From an uncultured Acidobacteriaceae bacterium (GTDB taxonomy: Bacteria; Acidobacteriota; Terriglobia; Terriglobales; Acidobacteriaceae): 52,115 bases of DNA. The stretch lies in NCBI GenBank assembly GCA_964244985.1, contig CAXTKZ010000003.1, positions 1 through 52,115 on the forward strand. The letters run 5' to 3'. A model generated the notes under the pieces. It had not been told where the DNA came from. It did no database searches and was given only the letters and a program-made list of their open reading frames with translations. The number at the start of each line of letters is the position of its first letter. Positions within the stretch are counted from its first letter, which is position 1. Shown one piece after another: positions 9,729 through 19,462 of this stretch. The position numbers were made by a program, and so were the translations under genes.

Positions 9729-10697
9729 ATGATGCGCTTCGTTCGCTCACTGACCGTGCAGGTCATCATGGCCACTGTCTTCTGCTCCTACATTTTCGCG
9801 CAGGAGCACTTGAAGCCGTGGCAACCCTCGCCAGGGCATCAGCAGCTCCAAATCTGGCCCGGAGCTGCGCCTCATCCGGTGAAGTACGACGGTCCCGAGT
9901 ACTCAACGCTTGCAAACCAGCCGCATGAGCTGGTAGCGGGTAGGCCCTGGATTTCGGAGGAACGCGTTTCAGTACCCACAATGACAGTCTTTTCTCCGAA
10001 AAGCAGGAACACGGGGGCCGCGGTCGTTGTCTTTCCTGGGGGAGGTTATCAGGTTCTTGCAATGGACCTTGAAGGGACGGAAGTCTGCGACTGGTTGAAC
10101 TCGCGAGGGATGACGTGCGTCCTGCTGAAATATCGCGTTCCGGGCTACCCAAAAGGTCCTATGTCAGGTGCATACCCGAAAGCTTCGCAAGCTTTGGATG
10201 ACGCTCAAAGAGCCATCAGTCTCACACGGCAACATGCGGGGGAGTGGCACATAGACCCGAACAGGATTGGGGTGATCGGGTTTTCTGCCGGCGGTCACCT
10301 TGCAGTGGCTACAAGCGTTCATTTCGAGAAGCGCGTGTATACCCGGGTAGACGCAACTGATGATGTGAGCTGCCGACCGGATTTCGCCATAGCGATTTAT
10401 CCCGGCCACCTCATGGTTGCTGAGAACAGCGTCGCTCTTCAGGCAGACATTCGGGACCACATCTCCAAACAAACCCCGCCGACGTTCCTGCTTCAAAACG
10501 AGGATGATGAGGTAGATGGCGTAGAGCAAGCCCTGTCGTATTACATGGGTTTGAAAAAAGCCGGTGTTCCGGTCGAGATGCACTTGTACGCGCAAGGTGG
10601 CCATGCCTTCGGTTTGCGGCGGACCAACCTACCGGCAACCGCATGGCCCGACTTAGTAGACAAGTGGCTTGTTACGACTGGCGTGCTGCAACAGTAG
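9729..10697 (+). CDS. Secreted alpha/beta hydrolase (esterase/xylan-esterase-like)
   Basis: Signal peptide, PGGGY oxyanion motif, GFSAGG nucleophile elbow, RPDFAIAIYP and GGHAFG catalytic His. Confidence 0.85.
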   Translation: MMRFVRSLTVQVIMATVFCSYIFAQEHLKPWQPSPGHQQLQIWPGAAPHPVKYDGPEYSTLANQPHELVAGRPWISEERVSVPTMTVFSPKSRNTGAAVVVFPGGGYQVLAMDLEGTEVCDWLNSRGMTCVLLKYRVPGYPKGPMSGAYPKASQALDDAQRAISLTRQHAGEWHIDPNRIGVIGFSAGGHLAVATSVHFEKRVYTRVDATDDVSCRPDFAIAIYPGHLMVAENSVALQADIRDHISKQTPPTFLLQNEDDEVDGVEQALSYYMGLKKAGVPVEMHLYAQGGHAFGLRRTNLPATAWPDLVDKWLVTTGVLQQ

Positions 10698-10881
10698 CAA
10701 TACGATCCTAAAACCGAATGCAGCCAAAAGCGACCGGAACCGGAGCTTGCTCCTTGCCGAAACAGATCATGGGTATCGGCGACGATGCGGCTGTTTATTC
10801 GAGTACCGCGATTTTGATCGACTGTTTTTTGGAGCGGCCGGCGATCTCCCATCAGGCACCTGATTTACGATCAGAACTGCA

Positions 10882-13164
10882 ATGCCCGCCGCCCCCCCGA
10901 TTTCCCTTACAACCGAGCTGCAATACGTCAAAGGCATCGGGCCGCGCATCGCGGAGTCGCTCAAAGCCAAGGGCCTCCTTACCGTCGAAGACCTGCTGCA
11001 CCGCTTGCCGTTCCGCTATGAGGACCGGCTCCACCCTGTGCTTTTCAATGAGCTGCGCGCGGGGGAGATGGCGTCGGTTATCGGCGAGGTGCGCGGAAGC
11101 GTGCTGCTCCAAACCGCGCGCATGCCTATTTTCGAGCTGACCGTCGGCCAAAACCTGCAAACGCTCAAGTGCATGTGGTTCCGCGCAGCGTACCTCAAAG
11201 ATAAGTTCAAACCCGGCCAATGGGTGGTGGCTTACGGCAAGGTGGAAGCGTCGCGCTCCGGCCGGGGCTTCAAGATGATCCAGCCGCAGGTAGAAGTTTT
11301 GCCGGAAAAGGGCGAAAACGATCTGCTGGAGGTGGGCCGGATCACGCCCGTGTACGAGACGCTGGGCGGCAACCGGCTGCACTCGCGATGGGTGCGCCGC
11401 GTGATGCACGGTGCGCTGGCGGAGCTGGGCGACCGGGTGCCGGAAACCTTGCCGCGGCGCACGCTCGCGCGCCTGGGGCTGCCAGGACGCGCGCGGGCGC
11501 TGCACGAGGTACACTTTCCACCCGCGGGCACGCCCATGAGCCTGCTGACAGGCGCGCGCACCCCGGCGCAGCAGCGGTTGATCTTCGAGGAGCTTTTTTT
11601 TCTTGAGCTGGGCCTGGAGCTGAAGCGCAGCAAACAGCGCAAGGAAAGCGGCATCGCCTTTGCCACGGACGAAAAAGTGAAAGCGGCGCTGAAAAGCCTA
11701 TTGCCGTTCAAGCCGACCGGCGCGCAGAAAAAATCCCTGGCCGAGATTGCCGAGGACATGCGCAAGCCCACGCCTATGCGGCGACTGCTGCAGGGAGATG
11801 TCGGCTCCGGCAAGACGATCGTCGCGGTACAGGCGATGCTGATCGCCATTGAAAACGATTACCAGGCCGCGCTGATGGCTCCCACGGAGATTTTGGCAAC
11901 GCAGCATTACCTGTCGGCGCGCAAGCTGCTGGAGCGGGTTGCCGGGGCTGGCGGGCGCCCCTACCGCGTTGTGCTGCTGACCGGCTCGCTCGATGCAGCG
12001 CAAAAACGCTGGAACCGTCAGCGCATCGCAAACGGCGATGCGGACCTGGTGATCGGCACCCATGCGCTGATTGAAGACAAGGTGGAGTTTGCCCGACTCG
12101 GCCTGGTGGTTGTGGACGAGCAGCACCGGTTCGGCGTGCTGCAGCGCTTCCGCCTGATGAAAAAGCCGGGCGCGGCGGAGCCCGACCTGCTCGCGATGAC
12201 CGCGACGCCGATCCCACGAACCCTGGCATTGACGCTCTACGGCGACCTGGAGGTGAGCGTGCTGAACGAGTTGCCGCCGGGCCGCACCCCGGTGGTGACC
12301 CGGCAGGTGACGGACGAGCGCGCGGACGAGGTGTGGGAGTTTGTGCGAAAGGAGGTCGCGCGGGGGCGGCAGGCCTATATCGTGTACCCCGTGATTGAGG
12401 GGCCGAAGACCGACCAGCCGGAGCTGGACTTCTCCCCCGCGGAACCGGAGCCTGCGCCCAAGCCGAAGAAGCGGGCAGCTAAAACGAAAGCGCCCCTGTT
12501 TGCCGGGCTGCCCGAGCCTGCGTCCGCCGCGAACGGCGAGGGCAACAGCGGCCTCAAGTCCGCGACCGAGATGTATGAGGAGCTGCGGCACGGCCCCCTG
12601 CACGGCTTGCGTCTGGGATTGCTGCACGGACGCCTCCCATCCGACGACAAGGACGTGATGATGCGGCGGTTCGCACGCGGCGAGATCGATGTACTGGTCT
12701 CGACTACGGTCATCGAAGTCGGGGTCGATGTGCCGAATGCAACCACGATGGTGATTGAGCACGCCGAACGGTTCGGGCTGTCGCAGATGCACCAGCTGCG
12801 AGGCCGCGTGGGCCGGGGAAGCGCGAAATCGTATTGCATTCTCATGACCGGCGGACGCATTTCAGAAGCATCCAGCGAGCGCCTGGCCGCAATGGTGCGC
12901 ACCCAGGACGGCTTTGAACTCGCCGAGCTCGACCTGGAGCTGCGCGGCCCGGGCGAGTTCTTCGGCACGCGACAGTCTGGGCTGCCCGACTTCCGCGTGG
13001 CCTCGCTGATCCGCGACCGAGCGCTGCTGGAGCAGGCCAAAACCGAAGCGCAGCGGTTTGCAAGCGAACCGGACGCCGAGGCCGGACCTGATGAAAAGGC
13101 AGCTGTGTGGGCGGCGCTGCGTGAAACCTGGCAGCGCCGTTATGGACTGGTCAATGCGGGTTAG
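10882..13164 (+). CDS. recG: ATP-dependent DNA helicase RecG
   Basis: LQGDVGSGKT, MAPTEILATQH, DEQHRFGV, MTATPIPRTL, TTVIEVGVDVPNA, QLRGRVGRG and DLELRGPGEFFGTRQSG (TRG motif). Confidence 0.98.
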   Translation: MPAAPPISLTTELQYVKGIGPRIAESLKAKGLLTVEDLLHRLPFRYEDRLHPVLFNELRAGEMASVIGEVRGSVLLQTARMPIFELTVGQNLQTLKCMWFRAAYLKDKFKPGQWVVAYGKVEASRSGRGFKMIQPQVEVLPEKGENDLLEVGRITPVYETLGGNRLHSRWVRRVMHGALAELGDRVPETLPRRTLARLGLPGRARALHEVHFPPAGTPMSLLTGARTPAQQRLIFEELFFLELGLELKRSKQRKESGIAFATDEKVKAALKSLLPFKPTGAQKKSLAEIAEDMRKPTPMRRLLQGDVGSGKTIVAVQAMLIAIENDYQAALMAPTEILATQHYLSARKLLERVAGAGGRPYRVVLLTGSLDAAQKRWNRQRIANGDADLVIGTHALIEDKVEFARLGLVVVDEQHRFGVLQRFRLMKKPGAAEPDLLAMTATPIPRTLALTLYGDLEVSVLNELPPGRTPVVTRQVTDERADEVWEFVRKEVARGRQAYIVYPVIEGPKTDQPELDFSPAEPEPAPKPKKRAAKTKAPLFAGLPEPASAANGEGNSGLKSATEMYEELRHGPLHGLRLGLLHGRLPSDDKDVMMRRFARGEIDVLVSTTVIEVGVDVPNATTMVIEHAERFGLSQMHQLRGRVGRGSAKSYCILMTGGRISEASSERLAAMVRTQDGFELAELDLELRGPGEFFGTRQSGLPDFRVASLIRDRALLEQAKTEAQRFASEPDAEAGPDEKAAVWAALRETWQRRYGLVNAG

Positions 13165-13257
13165 CGCATTTTTATCCGATCGGCTGAGGAAGCGAACGGG
13201 CACATAGGGGCGAGAGCGGTTTCAATGACGATTCGGTCGCTGTTTTGCTGACGGATC

Positions 13258-13656
13258 TCACGCCGCCGCCCGCAACTCCCGCGGCCCACTCGCCAAAAAG
13301 TCCTGACCGCCTTCCGTTGGGTAAAGGGTCAGGCTTAAACGCACAGGAGCGCCCTGCGTGTTCGGCTGGACATACCGCGTGCACTGGCAAAGCGCCGTTA
13401 ACTGATTGTGGGCCTCCTCGCTCAGGAGGATGCCGGCACCGATCAACAGCCCATACATTTCCAGCACCTGCGTGTGGAGAAACTCAAAGTCGATCTCGGC
13501 GCAGCGCTCGCTTACATAGCCCATTGAGAGCACACGCCCACCACTCGCGACAATCGCGATGCGCAGCGGCTCCGCAGTCTCGCTCGGCGAGCCGCAGATC
13601 GCAGCTACATACAAGCTCCATCCAGGGCATACAGGTTGGCACTGTTTCTTGCTCAT
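13258..13656 (-). CDS. Hypothetical protein (132 aa)
   Basis: Fills the gap between recG and the nuclease gene, has SD AAAGG before the ATG and a globular-looking composition; no family recognised. Confidence 0.6.
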   Translation of the reverse strand: MSKKQCQPVCPGWSLYVAAICGSPSETAEPLRIAIVASGGRVLSMGYVSERCAEIDFEFLHTQVLEMYGLLIGAGILLSEEAHNQLTALCQCTRYVQPNTQGAPVRLSLTLYPTEGGQDFLASGPRELRAAA

Positions 13657-13809
13657 GGCCTTTCTATCGACTCAATACGGCGAAGGCTCAGGCTCGGTTC
13701 ACGCTTTGTTTCGGCACAGTTTCATTTTGGGCTTGGCAAGTCCACTCGTTCCATTTTCGGAACGGTTCCCCAAAAAGCCCGGTAATTAAATAACAGAGCC
13801 TCGCCGGAC

Positions 13810-14760
13810 TTACTTGCCCGCACCGGTTTTGCCTCCAGTGCCGCTCTCGTTTCCGTGGTACTCCGGTACGGGCTCGGCGCTTTTCACCCATGCCGCGTAG
13901 ATCATATCGCGCAACATGCTCGCTCCGGCTGCCAGTCGCTCAGCGGCGAACCGCTTGCCTTCCGGAGTGCCCGCACCGGCAAAACCACCTGCTTTTTCAA
14001 GCACATACGTTTGCTCCGTCAGGCTTGCGGAGTGCCGCAGATACGCCAGGTAATCCGCCCACTCATCGCCGATGGGCTTAAGGGGGGCAACCAGGGGTTG
14101 CACATCCGCTGGCTTGATCGCGGCAGACACAAACGCTGTTTCAAACTGCGAATGAATATGGTGCTCAGTGGTATAGCCGTGCGGGTTGGCGGCCTCCACC
14201 CAGCCGTTGTAATCGCGGCTCACATGGAGCGGCTGCGCGCCGTCGCCCACATAGTGGCCCAGCCAGCCCGCATAGAACAGCACAGCTGCTTCCTCGGGTC
14301 CCGTGTCCTCATGCCGAGCTAGTGCCTGTCGATACTCGCGAAAACCGGCCTTCAAGCGCTCCCAAACCTCCTCGGTTTCCCACGGCTGCATGCCGACCTT
14401 TTCCGGCGTTTCCAGCGCTGCCTTCTCGGGGTGCGCTGCCCGGTATTTGCCCAACAGTTCGATGAATTCATAGCGCTTGCGCGGCAGCGGGCCGACAACG
14501 TCGGCGTACTCCAGGTCGATGAAATGGTCCGGGGCTTGCGTCGCGCTCAACTCGGGCTCCGCCGGCGAGCGCCAACGATCAGGCTCCGGGCCCAGGTACT
14601 CCAGCTCATTGAGCGCGGCAGGCGCAACGAGGAAGCGCGGCGCGTCGGCGGGCAGGCTTTGGGCAGCCAGGCGGTTGATCATGCGGTGGCCGTCCGGGCC
14701 CCAGCCGAAGCAGGCCGGGGCAGTACCTATCAGGAGGAGGGCAAGGCAAGCAACTTTCAT
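13810..14760 (-). CDS. Secreted S1/P1 nuclease / zinc phospholipase C-like protein
   Basis: Signal peptide followed by WGPDGH, PDRWR, HFID, HYVGDGAQPLH and HSQFE zinc-ligand motifs. Confidence 0.85.
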   Translation of the reverse strand: MKVACLALLLIGTAPACFGWGPDGHRMINRLAAQSLPADAPRFLVAPAALNELEYLGPEPDRWRSPAEPELSATQAPDHFIDLEYADVVGPLPRKRYEFIELLGKYRAAHPEKAALETPEKVGMQPWETEEVWERLKAGFREYRQALARHEDTGPEEAAVLFYAGWLGHYVGDGAQPLHVSRDYNGWVEAANPHGYTTEHHIHSQFETAFVSAAIKPADVQPLVAPLKPIGDEWADYLAYLRHSASLTEQTYVLEKAGGFAGAGTPEGKRFAAERLAAGASMLRDMIYAAWVKSAEPVPEYHGNESGTGGKTGAGK

Positions 14761-14837
14761 CTCCCGACAGCATATAAGAGGTGCGTCAAGCTGAGCGCCT
14801 CAACTTCCTTGCACCTTTTCTCGTCCAATACAGTGCC

Positions 14838-15980
14838 ATGCGTCTCACCTTTCTGCTCTTGCCTCTTTCTCTAGCTGCGTTCAGCCTTTGGGCCCAAAAC
14901 CCTGCTCCGCCGACCACGCTTTCCGTAAACGCCCGCCTGGTCAACCTGCCTGTGGTGGTCCGCGATAAAAAAGACAGGCTCGTCCCCGGCCTCACCAAGG
15001 ACGATTTCGTTCTGACCGAGGACGGTCGCCCCGAAACGATCCGATACTTCTCGCTCGACACCGACCTGCCGCTTACCCTTGCGCTCAATGTCGACACCAG
15101 CGGCAGTGTGCGCGATGTGCTCGACGCGGAGCGCAGCGCCAGCCAAAGTTTTCTCGACGACATGCTTGCGAAATCGGAGGACAAAGCCGCAATTCTTCAC
15201 TTCGACCGTGAAGTGGAGCTGCTTGAAGACCTGACTCCCTCCAAGCCGAAACTGCGCGAAGCCTTGAACCAGCTTGGACCGACTCCCGAAGATACAAGCG
15301 GCAGCGAGCCCGGCCGGCACGGGCGCGGCGGCACGCAGCTTTACGACGCCGTGTACTTATCGGCGCACGATCTGCTTGGCAAGCAGTCGGGCCGCAAAGC
15401 CATCATCGTGTTGAGCGATGGGCAGGATCGCGGCAGCAAGGAGACCCTGGCGGAAGCTGTAGAAGCAGCGCAAAAAGCCGAAGCCGAGGTGTACACCATC
15501 TACTTCAAAGGCGAAGAGCACGCCGGTTTCAGCAATGGCGGCTCACCGGGCGGCGGTTACCCCGGTGGCGGACGGCGTGGGGGCGGCATGGGCTATCCGG
15601 GAGGCGGCTACCCCGGGGGAGGCGGTTACCCCGGGGGAGGCGGTTATCCCGGCGGCGGTTATCCGGGAGGCGGACAACGGGGAGGCGGCCAACAGCCCGG
15701 AGGTGAGCCACGCGTGGATGGGAAAAAGATCATGCAGCAGCTCGCCGACCAAACCGGCGGACGCTTTTACGAAGCGAAAAAGAACAACTTCGACGCAATC
15801 TACAAGGAAATTGCCGAAGAGCTGCGGCAGCAATATCTCATCGGATACACCCCCGACGCGGCAAGCGAAGGCTTTCACCGCATTTCGTTGACGGCGAAAA
15901 AGAAAGATCTGTTCGTACAGACGCGCGCGGGATACTACGGCAAGCCTGAAGTTTCTTCAAAGCCGGCAAGCGGTAATTGA
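14838..15980 (+). CDS. Secreted VWA-domain protein (Acidobacteria-type VWFA-related)
   Basis: Signal peptide; LVNLPVVVRDK..L.KDDF; MIDAS DTSGS, GGTQLYDA, SDGQD; IAEELRQQYLIGY and TRAGYY. Confidence 0.9.
   Translation: MRLTFLLLPLSLAAFSLWAQNPAPPTTLSVNARLVNLPVVVRDKKDRLVPGLTKDDFVLTEDGRPETIRYFSLDTDLPLTLALNVDTSGSVRDVLDAERSASQSFLDDMLAKSEDKAAILHFDREVELLEDLTPSKPKLREALNQLGPTPEDTSGSEPGRHGRGGTQLYDAVYLSAHDLLGKQSGRKAIIVLSDGQDRGSKETLAEAVEAAQKAEAEVYTIYFKGEEHAGFSNGGSPGGGYPGGGRRGGGMGYPGGGYPGGGGYPGGGGYPGGGYPGGGQRGGGQQPGGEPRVDGKKIMQQLADQTGGRFYEAKKNNFDAIYKEIAEELRQQYLIGYTPDAASEGFHRISLTAKKKDLFVQTRAGYYGKPEVSSKPASGN
15546..15700 (+). repeat. Imperfect 15-18 bp tandem repeat encoding six GYPGG(G) units inside the VWA gene
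   Basis: Repeated ggcgg(t/c)ta(c/t)cc(c/g)gg units; protein PGGGYPGGGRRGGGMGYPGGGYPGGGGYPGGGGYPGGGYPGGG. Confidence 0.85.
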
Positions 15981-16145
15981 TAGGCATCGATAGACTGCTC
16001 TTGCCTTAGGACAATCCTTGTTCTTCCAAAACGAACAAGGTCAGACCGCAGAAACAAACGCGGGCGGCCCTTTGCAGCCGAGGTCGCCCGCAGCGTAAAC
16101 CCGCGGCGGTGCGTCGGCGACAATAGAACCTGAAGGAGCAATCCA

Positions 16146-17552
16146 GTGAGCGCCGCTTTCAGTCCCGCCCGATTTCACATCCCCACGTATGCCCAAAAAC
16201 TGGCTGTCGAAGCTGAATCCATTGTTCGACAAGCCTGTAAAGCCGGTGCTGCCGACGCAGAAGTCGTCATCCGCGAAGGCAACGAGTTTGAGGCGCATGC
16301 GCGCATGGGCGCGCTTGAGTCGCTCAAGGACTCCGGTTCGCGCGGCGTTGGGCTGCGCGTTTTTCTGGCCGACGGTCAGGGACAGCGCGTCGGCTCAACC
16401 TCCTCCAGCGACTTCACCCCTGCCGGGATCGATCACCTCGTCGACGGAGCTCTGGCCTTGGCCCGCATCTCTTCACCCGATCCGTTCCAGGATCTTCCGG
16501 AAGCTTCAGCCTTTGGAACGCTGGACGCGGACCTTGAACTCTTTCACGAGGATGTTTATTCGCTTCCCGGCCCCGAACGGATCGAGTATGCGCGGCGCGT
16601 GGAAGCAGCGGCGTTGTCAGCGGATCCACGCATCAAGAACAGCGATGGCGGCAGTTTTTCCGCGGCCACCAGCCTGCGCGTGCTCGCCAACTCACGCGGG
16701 TTTACCGGCGCTTCCCGGTCCTCGTACTGCGGCATTTCCACCGTGCCGATTGCAACAGGCAAGAACGGCGAAATGCAGCGCGATGGCTGGAGTTCGAGCG
16801 CCCGCACCCTGGCCAGGCTCGATTCTCCCGAGCAGGTAGGAGCTGAAGCCGCACGCCGCACCTTGCGCCGCCTTGATGGCCGCCGCGTACCTACGCAGCG
16901 CGTCCCTATTGTTTTCGCGCCGGAGATGGCCCGGTCGCTGCTCGGTGCCATGGCCGATGCCGCCAACGGAGATGCCATCTATCGCGGTGCCAGCTTTTTC
17001 ACCGGCAAGCTCGGTGACCAGGTTGCCGCGTCATCCATCAGTGTTGTCAACGACGGCACCCTACCCGGCCTGTTTGGTTCAAGCCCCTTCGACGGCGAAG
17101 GCCTGCCCACGCGACGCACCGTCCTGATTGAAAACGGCGTTCTCCGCTCATACCTCCTCAACACATATACCGGCCGCAAACTTGGCCTCTCAAGCACGGG
17201 CAGTGCCGCGCGTGGGCTGGCCGGCAACCCAGGCATCAGCACACACAATCTTTTCCTCCCCGCTGGCACGCAAACGCCGGAGGAAATTATCGCCGCCATT
17301 CCACAAGGCCTTTACCTAACAGAGTTTCTGGGCCGCGGCATCAATATGGTTACCGGCGACTACTCACGCGGCGCGTCCGGCTTGTGGATCGAAAACGGCG
17401 AGCTTACTTTTCCAGTGCAGGAAATTGCGGTCGCCGGCAATCTTAAAAACATCTTTCACGATATTTCCGCCATCGGCAATGATCTCGAGTTCCGCTCCAG
17501 CACGGCATGTCCCACCCTGAGGGTTGACGGTTTAACCATTGCGGGATCGTAG
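16146..17552 (+). CDS. pmbA: TldD/PmbA family protein, PmbA (TldE)-type
   Basis: GVGLRVF, PFDGEGLP, IENGVL, STGSAAR, TGDYSRGASGLWIENGE and IGNDL; no HExxH, consistent with the non-catalytic PmbA subunit. SD GAAGGAG before the GTG. Confidence 0.9.
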   Translation: MSAAFSPARFHIPTYAQKLAVEAESIVRQACKAGAADAEVVIREGNEFEAHARMGALESLKDSGSRGVGLRVFLADGQGQRVGSTSSSDFTPAGIDHLVDGALALARISSPDPFQDLPEASAFGTLDADLELFHEDVYSLPGPERIEYARRVEAAALSADPRIKNSDGGSFSAATSLRVLANSRGFTGASRSSYCGISTVPIATGKNGEMQRDGWSSSARTLARLDSPEQVGAEAARRTLRRLDGRRVPTQRVPIVFAPEMARSLLGAMADAANGDAIYRGASFFTGKLGDQVAASSISVVNDGTLPGLFGSSPFDGEGLPTRRTVLIENGVLRSYLLNTYTGRKLGLSSTGSAARGLAGNPGISTHNLFLPAGTQTPEEIIAAIPQGLYLTEFLGRGINMVTGDYSRGASGLWIENGELTFPVQEIAVAGNLKNIFHDISAIGNDLEFRSSTACPTLRVDGLTIAGS

Positions 17553-17660
17553 TCTGCTTAGTCCGTGTTTCTTTGATCTTTTGCTTGTTCGCAAGAGGTT
17601 TATCGGCAGAATGGTAGGAAGTGTGCAGTTACCTAGGTAAGAAAATTTTATTTCCTCCCT

Positions 17661-17687
17661 TAACTGTTATCGGGTTCATGCCGATAA
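17661..17687 (+). promoter_or_regulatory. Putative sigma28 (FliA)-type promoter overlapped by an inverted repeat
   Basis: TAACTGTT-N11-GCCGATAA versus consensus TAAAGTTT-N11-GCCGATAA (perfect -10, 5/8 at -35). It contains TTATCGG-N7-CCGATAA at 17667-17687. Confidence 0.6.
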
Positions 17688-17740
17688 AGGAACAGACCGG
17701 ATGCGCTGCGGGATACACCGGCCTTGAAGGGGCGACACTG

Positions 17741-19462
17741 TTGAACAGTACACTCGAGAGCGAGGCAGTGCAGGCATGCACATCCCAGTCCCCCCATGCA
17801 GAGCGTCGTGCCTGGGAAGGTTCGCTTCTGATCGATGCACGCGGGGTAATCCTTCAGGCAAGCCGCAGTCTTTTAGCGGAACTGCAATCGCCCGAGTTTC
17901 CAAACCTTGTCGGTAATTCCTTACGCGGCCTTCTTCTTCAGCATTTTCCCAGTGAAGAAAAGCATATCTGCGCCATTGAAGCCTGGCTTCAGCAGGCGAG
18001 CACGTCACTTCTTCCTGTTGGAGGCTCCTCGTTTCTCCTCACGCAGACTAAAGGTGACCCCGTCCAAGTGCACTGCAGCGAGGTAGGAGAGAACTGCTTT
18101 ATCGCACAGTTCAAAACTATCCTGCCCGATGCAGGTACTAAGCGGATGGAAGTATTTCGCGATCACCTGACCGGCATCGGCAACCGACTCTGTTTCGAGA
18201 AAGCATTGGACGCAGCACTGCTACCCCTAAGGGACGAGTCGGTCAGCCACCCGGCCATTCTGTTTATCGATTTGGACCGCTTTAAAGCCGTAAATGATAC
18301 TTTGGGGCATGCCACTGGCGATGCACTGCTGCGGTTGGTCAGCGATCGCCTCACGCAAACCTTACGCCAAGGGGATGAGGCCGCGCGGTTGGGCGGCGAC
18401 GAGTTTGCCGTGCTGCTTCCCAATTCTCCCGGCCGCGAGCATATGGCCGCTCTCGCGGCGCGCATCGTCGACCTTATCCAGCGTCCATACTTGGTGGAAG
18501 GAAACGTAATCAACATCGGGGCCAGCATCGGGCTTGCCCTTGCGCCGGAGGACGGTGCAACTCGGGACGAATTGCTGAAAAGCGCCGACTTGGCCCTTTA
18601 CCACTCGAAAGCGATGGGCAGAGGAGTATTTCACTTTTTTCAGCCCGCCATGCAGGAACGTGCCCTTGAACGGCGCACCCTTGAACTCGATTTACGCAAA
18701 GCGCTTATTCTGCGTCAGTTTGAACTTCACTATCAGCCGCAGGTCGATGTGGAAACGGAAGCGGTAACCAGTCTGCAAGCACTTCTGCGATGGCGTCATC
18801 CCAAGCGCGGACTGCTGATGCCCGAGCAATTTCTTGCTCTCTCCGAAGAACTCGGCTTGGCGGTCCCTCTTGGTGAATGGGTTCTCAAAACCGCTTGCAA
18901 GGAAGCGATGCGCTGGCCGGATTCGGTCACTATCGCCGTCCATGTCTCGCCGCTCCACTTTGAAACCGGCACTTTCGCCCGGTCTGTTGAACGCGCACTC
19001 GCGGCCGCGCAGCTTTCCGCGAAAAGACTCGAGGTCGAGGTAGCGGAAAGCGTTCTTCTGCGGGATGGAAAAGCCGTGCTTGCAACGCTCAAGAGCCTCC
19101 GTGAGCTTGGGGTGCGCGTCGCCATGGACAGCTTCGGGACCGGCGTCGCTTCACTCAGCCAACTTGTCAATTTCCCGTTCGACAAGATTAAGATTGATCG
19201 CTCCCTTATTGCCATGGAGCAGGAGGACGGGCGCAAGCGCGCGATCGTCCGCGCGATCTCCGCATTGGGTGCCAGTCTTGGCATCTCGACGCTGGCCGAA
19301 GGGGTAGAAACCGCCGAACATCTGGCGCATGTGCGCTCTGAAGGCTGCCAAAGCATGCAAGGCTTCTATTACAGCAAAGCTGTTCCCTCGAACGAGCTTC
19401 AAACGCTGGATCCCACTCTGCTCCAACGACCACAACACCTTACTCTGGAAGGCATCGCGTGA
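17741..19462 (+). CDS. PAS-like/GGDEF/EAL protein: intact diguanylate cyclase with degenerate EAL
   Basis: DHLTGIGNR, DLDRFKAVNDTLGH..GD, RQGD I-site and GGDEF (18392-18406); EAL region reads QAL, VHVS, EVAE and DSFGTG. TTG at 17741 follows SD GAAGGGG; the ORF track starts at 17621. Confidence 0.9.
   Translation: MNSTLESEAVQACTSQSPHAERRAWEGSLLIDARGVILQASRSLLAELQSPEFPNLVGNSLRGLLLQHFPSEEKHICAIEAWLQQASTSLLPVGGSSFLLTQTKGDPVQVHCSEVGENCFIAQFKTILPDAGTKRMEVFRDHLTGIGNRLCFEKALDAALLPLRDESVSHPAILFIDLDRFKAVNDTLGHATGDALLRLVSDRLTQTLRQGDEAARLGGDEFAVLLPNSPGREHMAALAARIVDLIQRPYLVEGNVINIGASIGLALAPEDGATRDELLKSADLALYHSKAMGRGVFHFFQPAMQERALERRTLELDLRKALILRQFELHYQPQVDVETEAVTSLQALLRWRHPKRGLLMPEQFLALSEELGLAVPLGEWVLKTACKEAMRWPDSVTIAVHVSPLHFETGTFARSVERALAAAQLSAKRLEVEVAESVLLRDGKAVLATLKSLRELGVRVAMDSFGTGVASLSQLVNFPFDKIKIDRSLIAMEQEDGRKRAIVRAISALGASLGISTLAEGVETAEHLAHVRSEGCQSMQGFYYSKAVPSNELQTLDPTLLQRPQHLTLEGIA

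Noticed and set aside
10772-10795. GIGDDAAV peptide resembling the ThiL motif in ORF 10718-11140
   Set aside because: The flanking sequence shows no other ThiL motifs and the ORF overlaps recG out of frame; probably chance.
13657-13745. Sigma28- or sigma54-like boxes upstream of the 132-aa hypothetical gene
   Set aside because: The GTCGATAG and GCCGAAAC boxes lack a correctly spaced -35, and the GG-GC spacing does not fit sigma54.
15546-15700. Tandem repeat as a CRISPR array
   Set aside because: No unique spacers, in frame within a CDS, and no cas genes.
16016-16110. Hairpins upstream of pmbA as a riboswitch or SRP RNA
   Set aside because: Stems are present, but I recognise no conserved aptamer or SRP loop motif; an Rfam scan would be needed.
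16146-17552. pmbA without tldD as a novel stand-alone peptidase or RiPP locus
   Set aside because: tldD and pmbA are often unlinked, there is no HExxH, and no precursor peptide or modifying enzymes are nearby.
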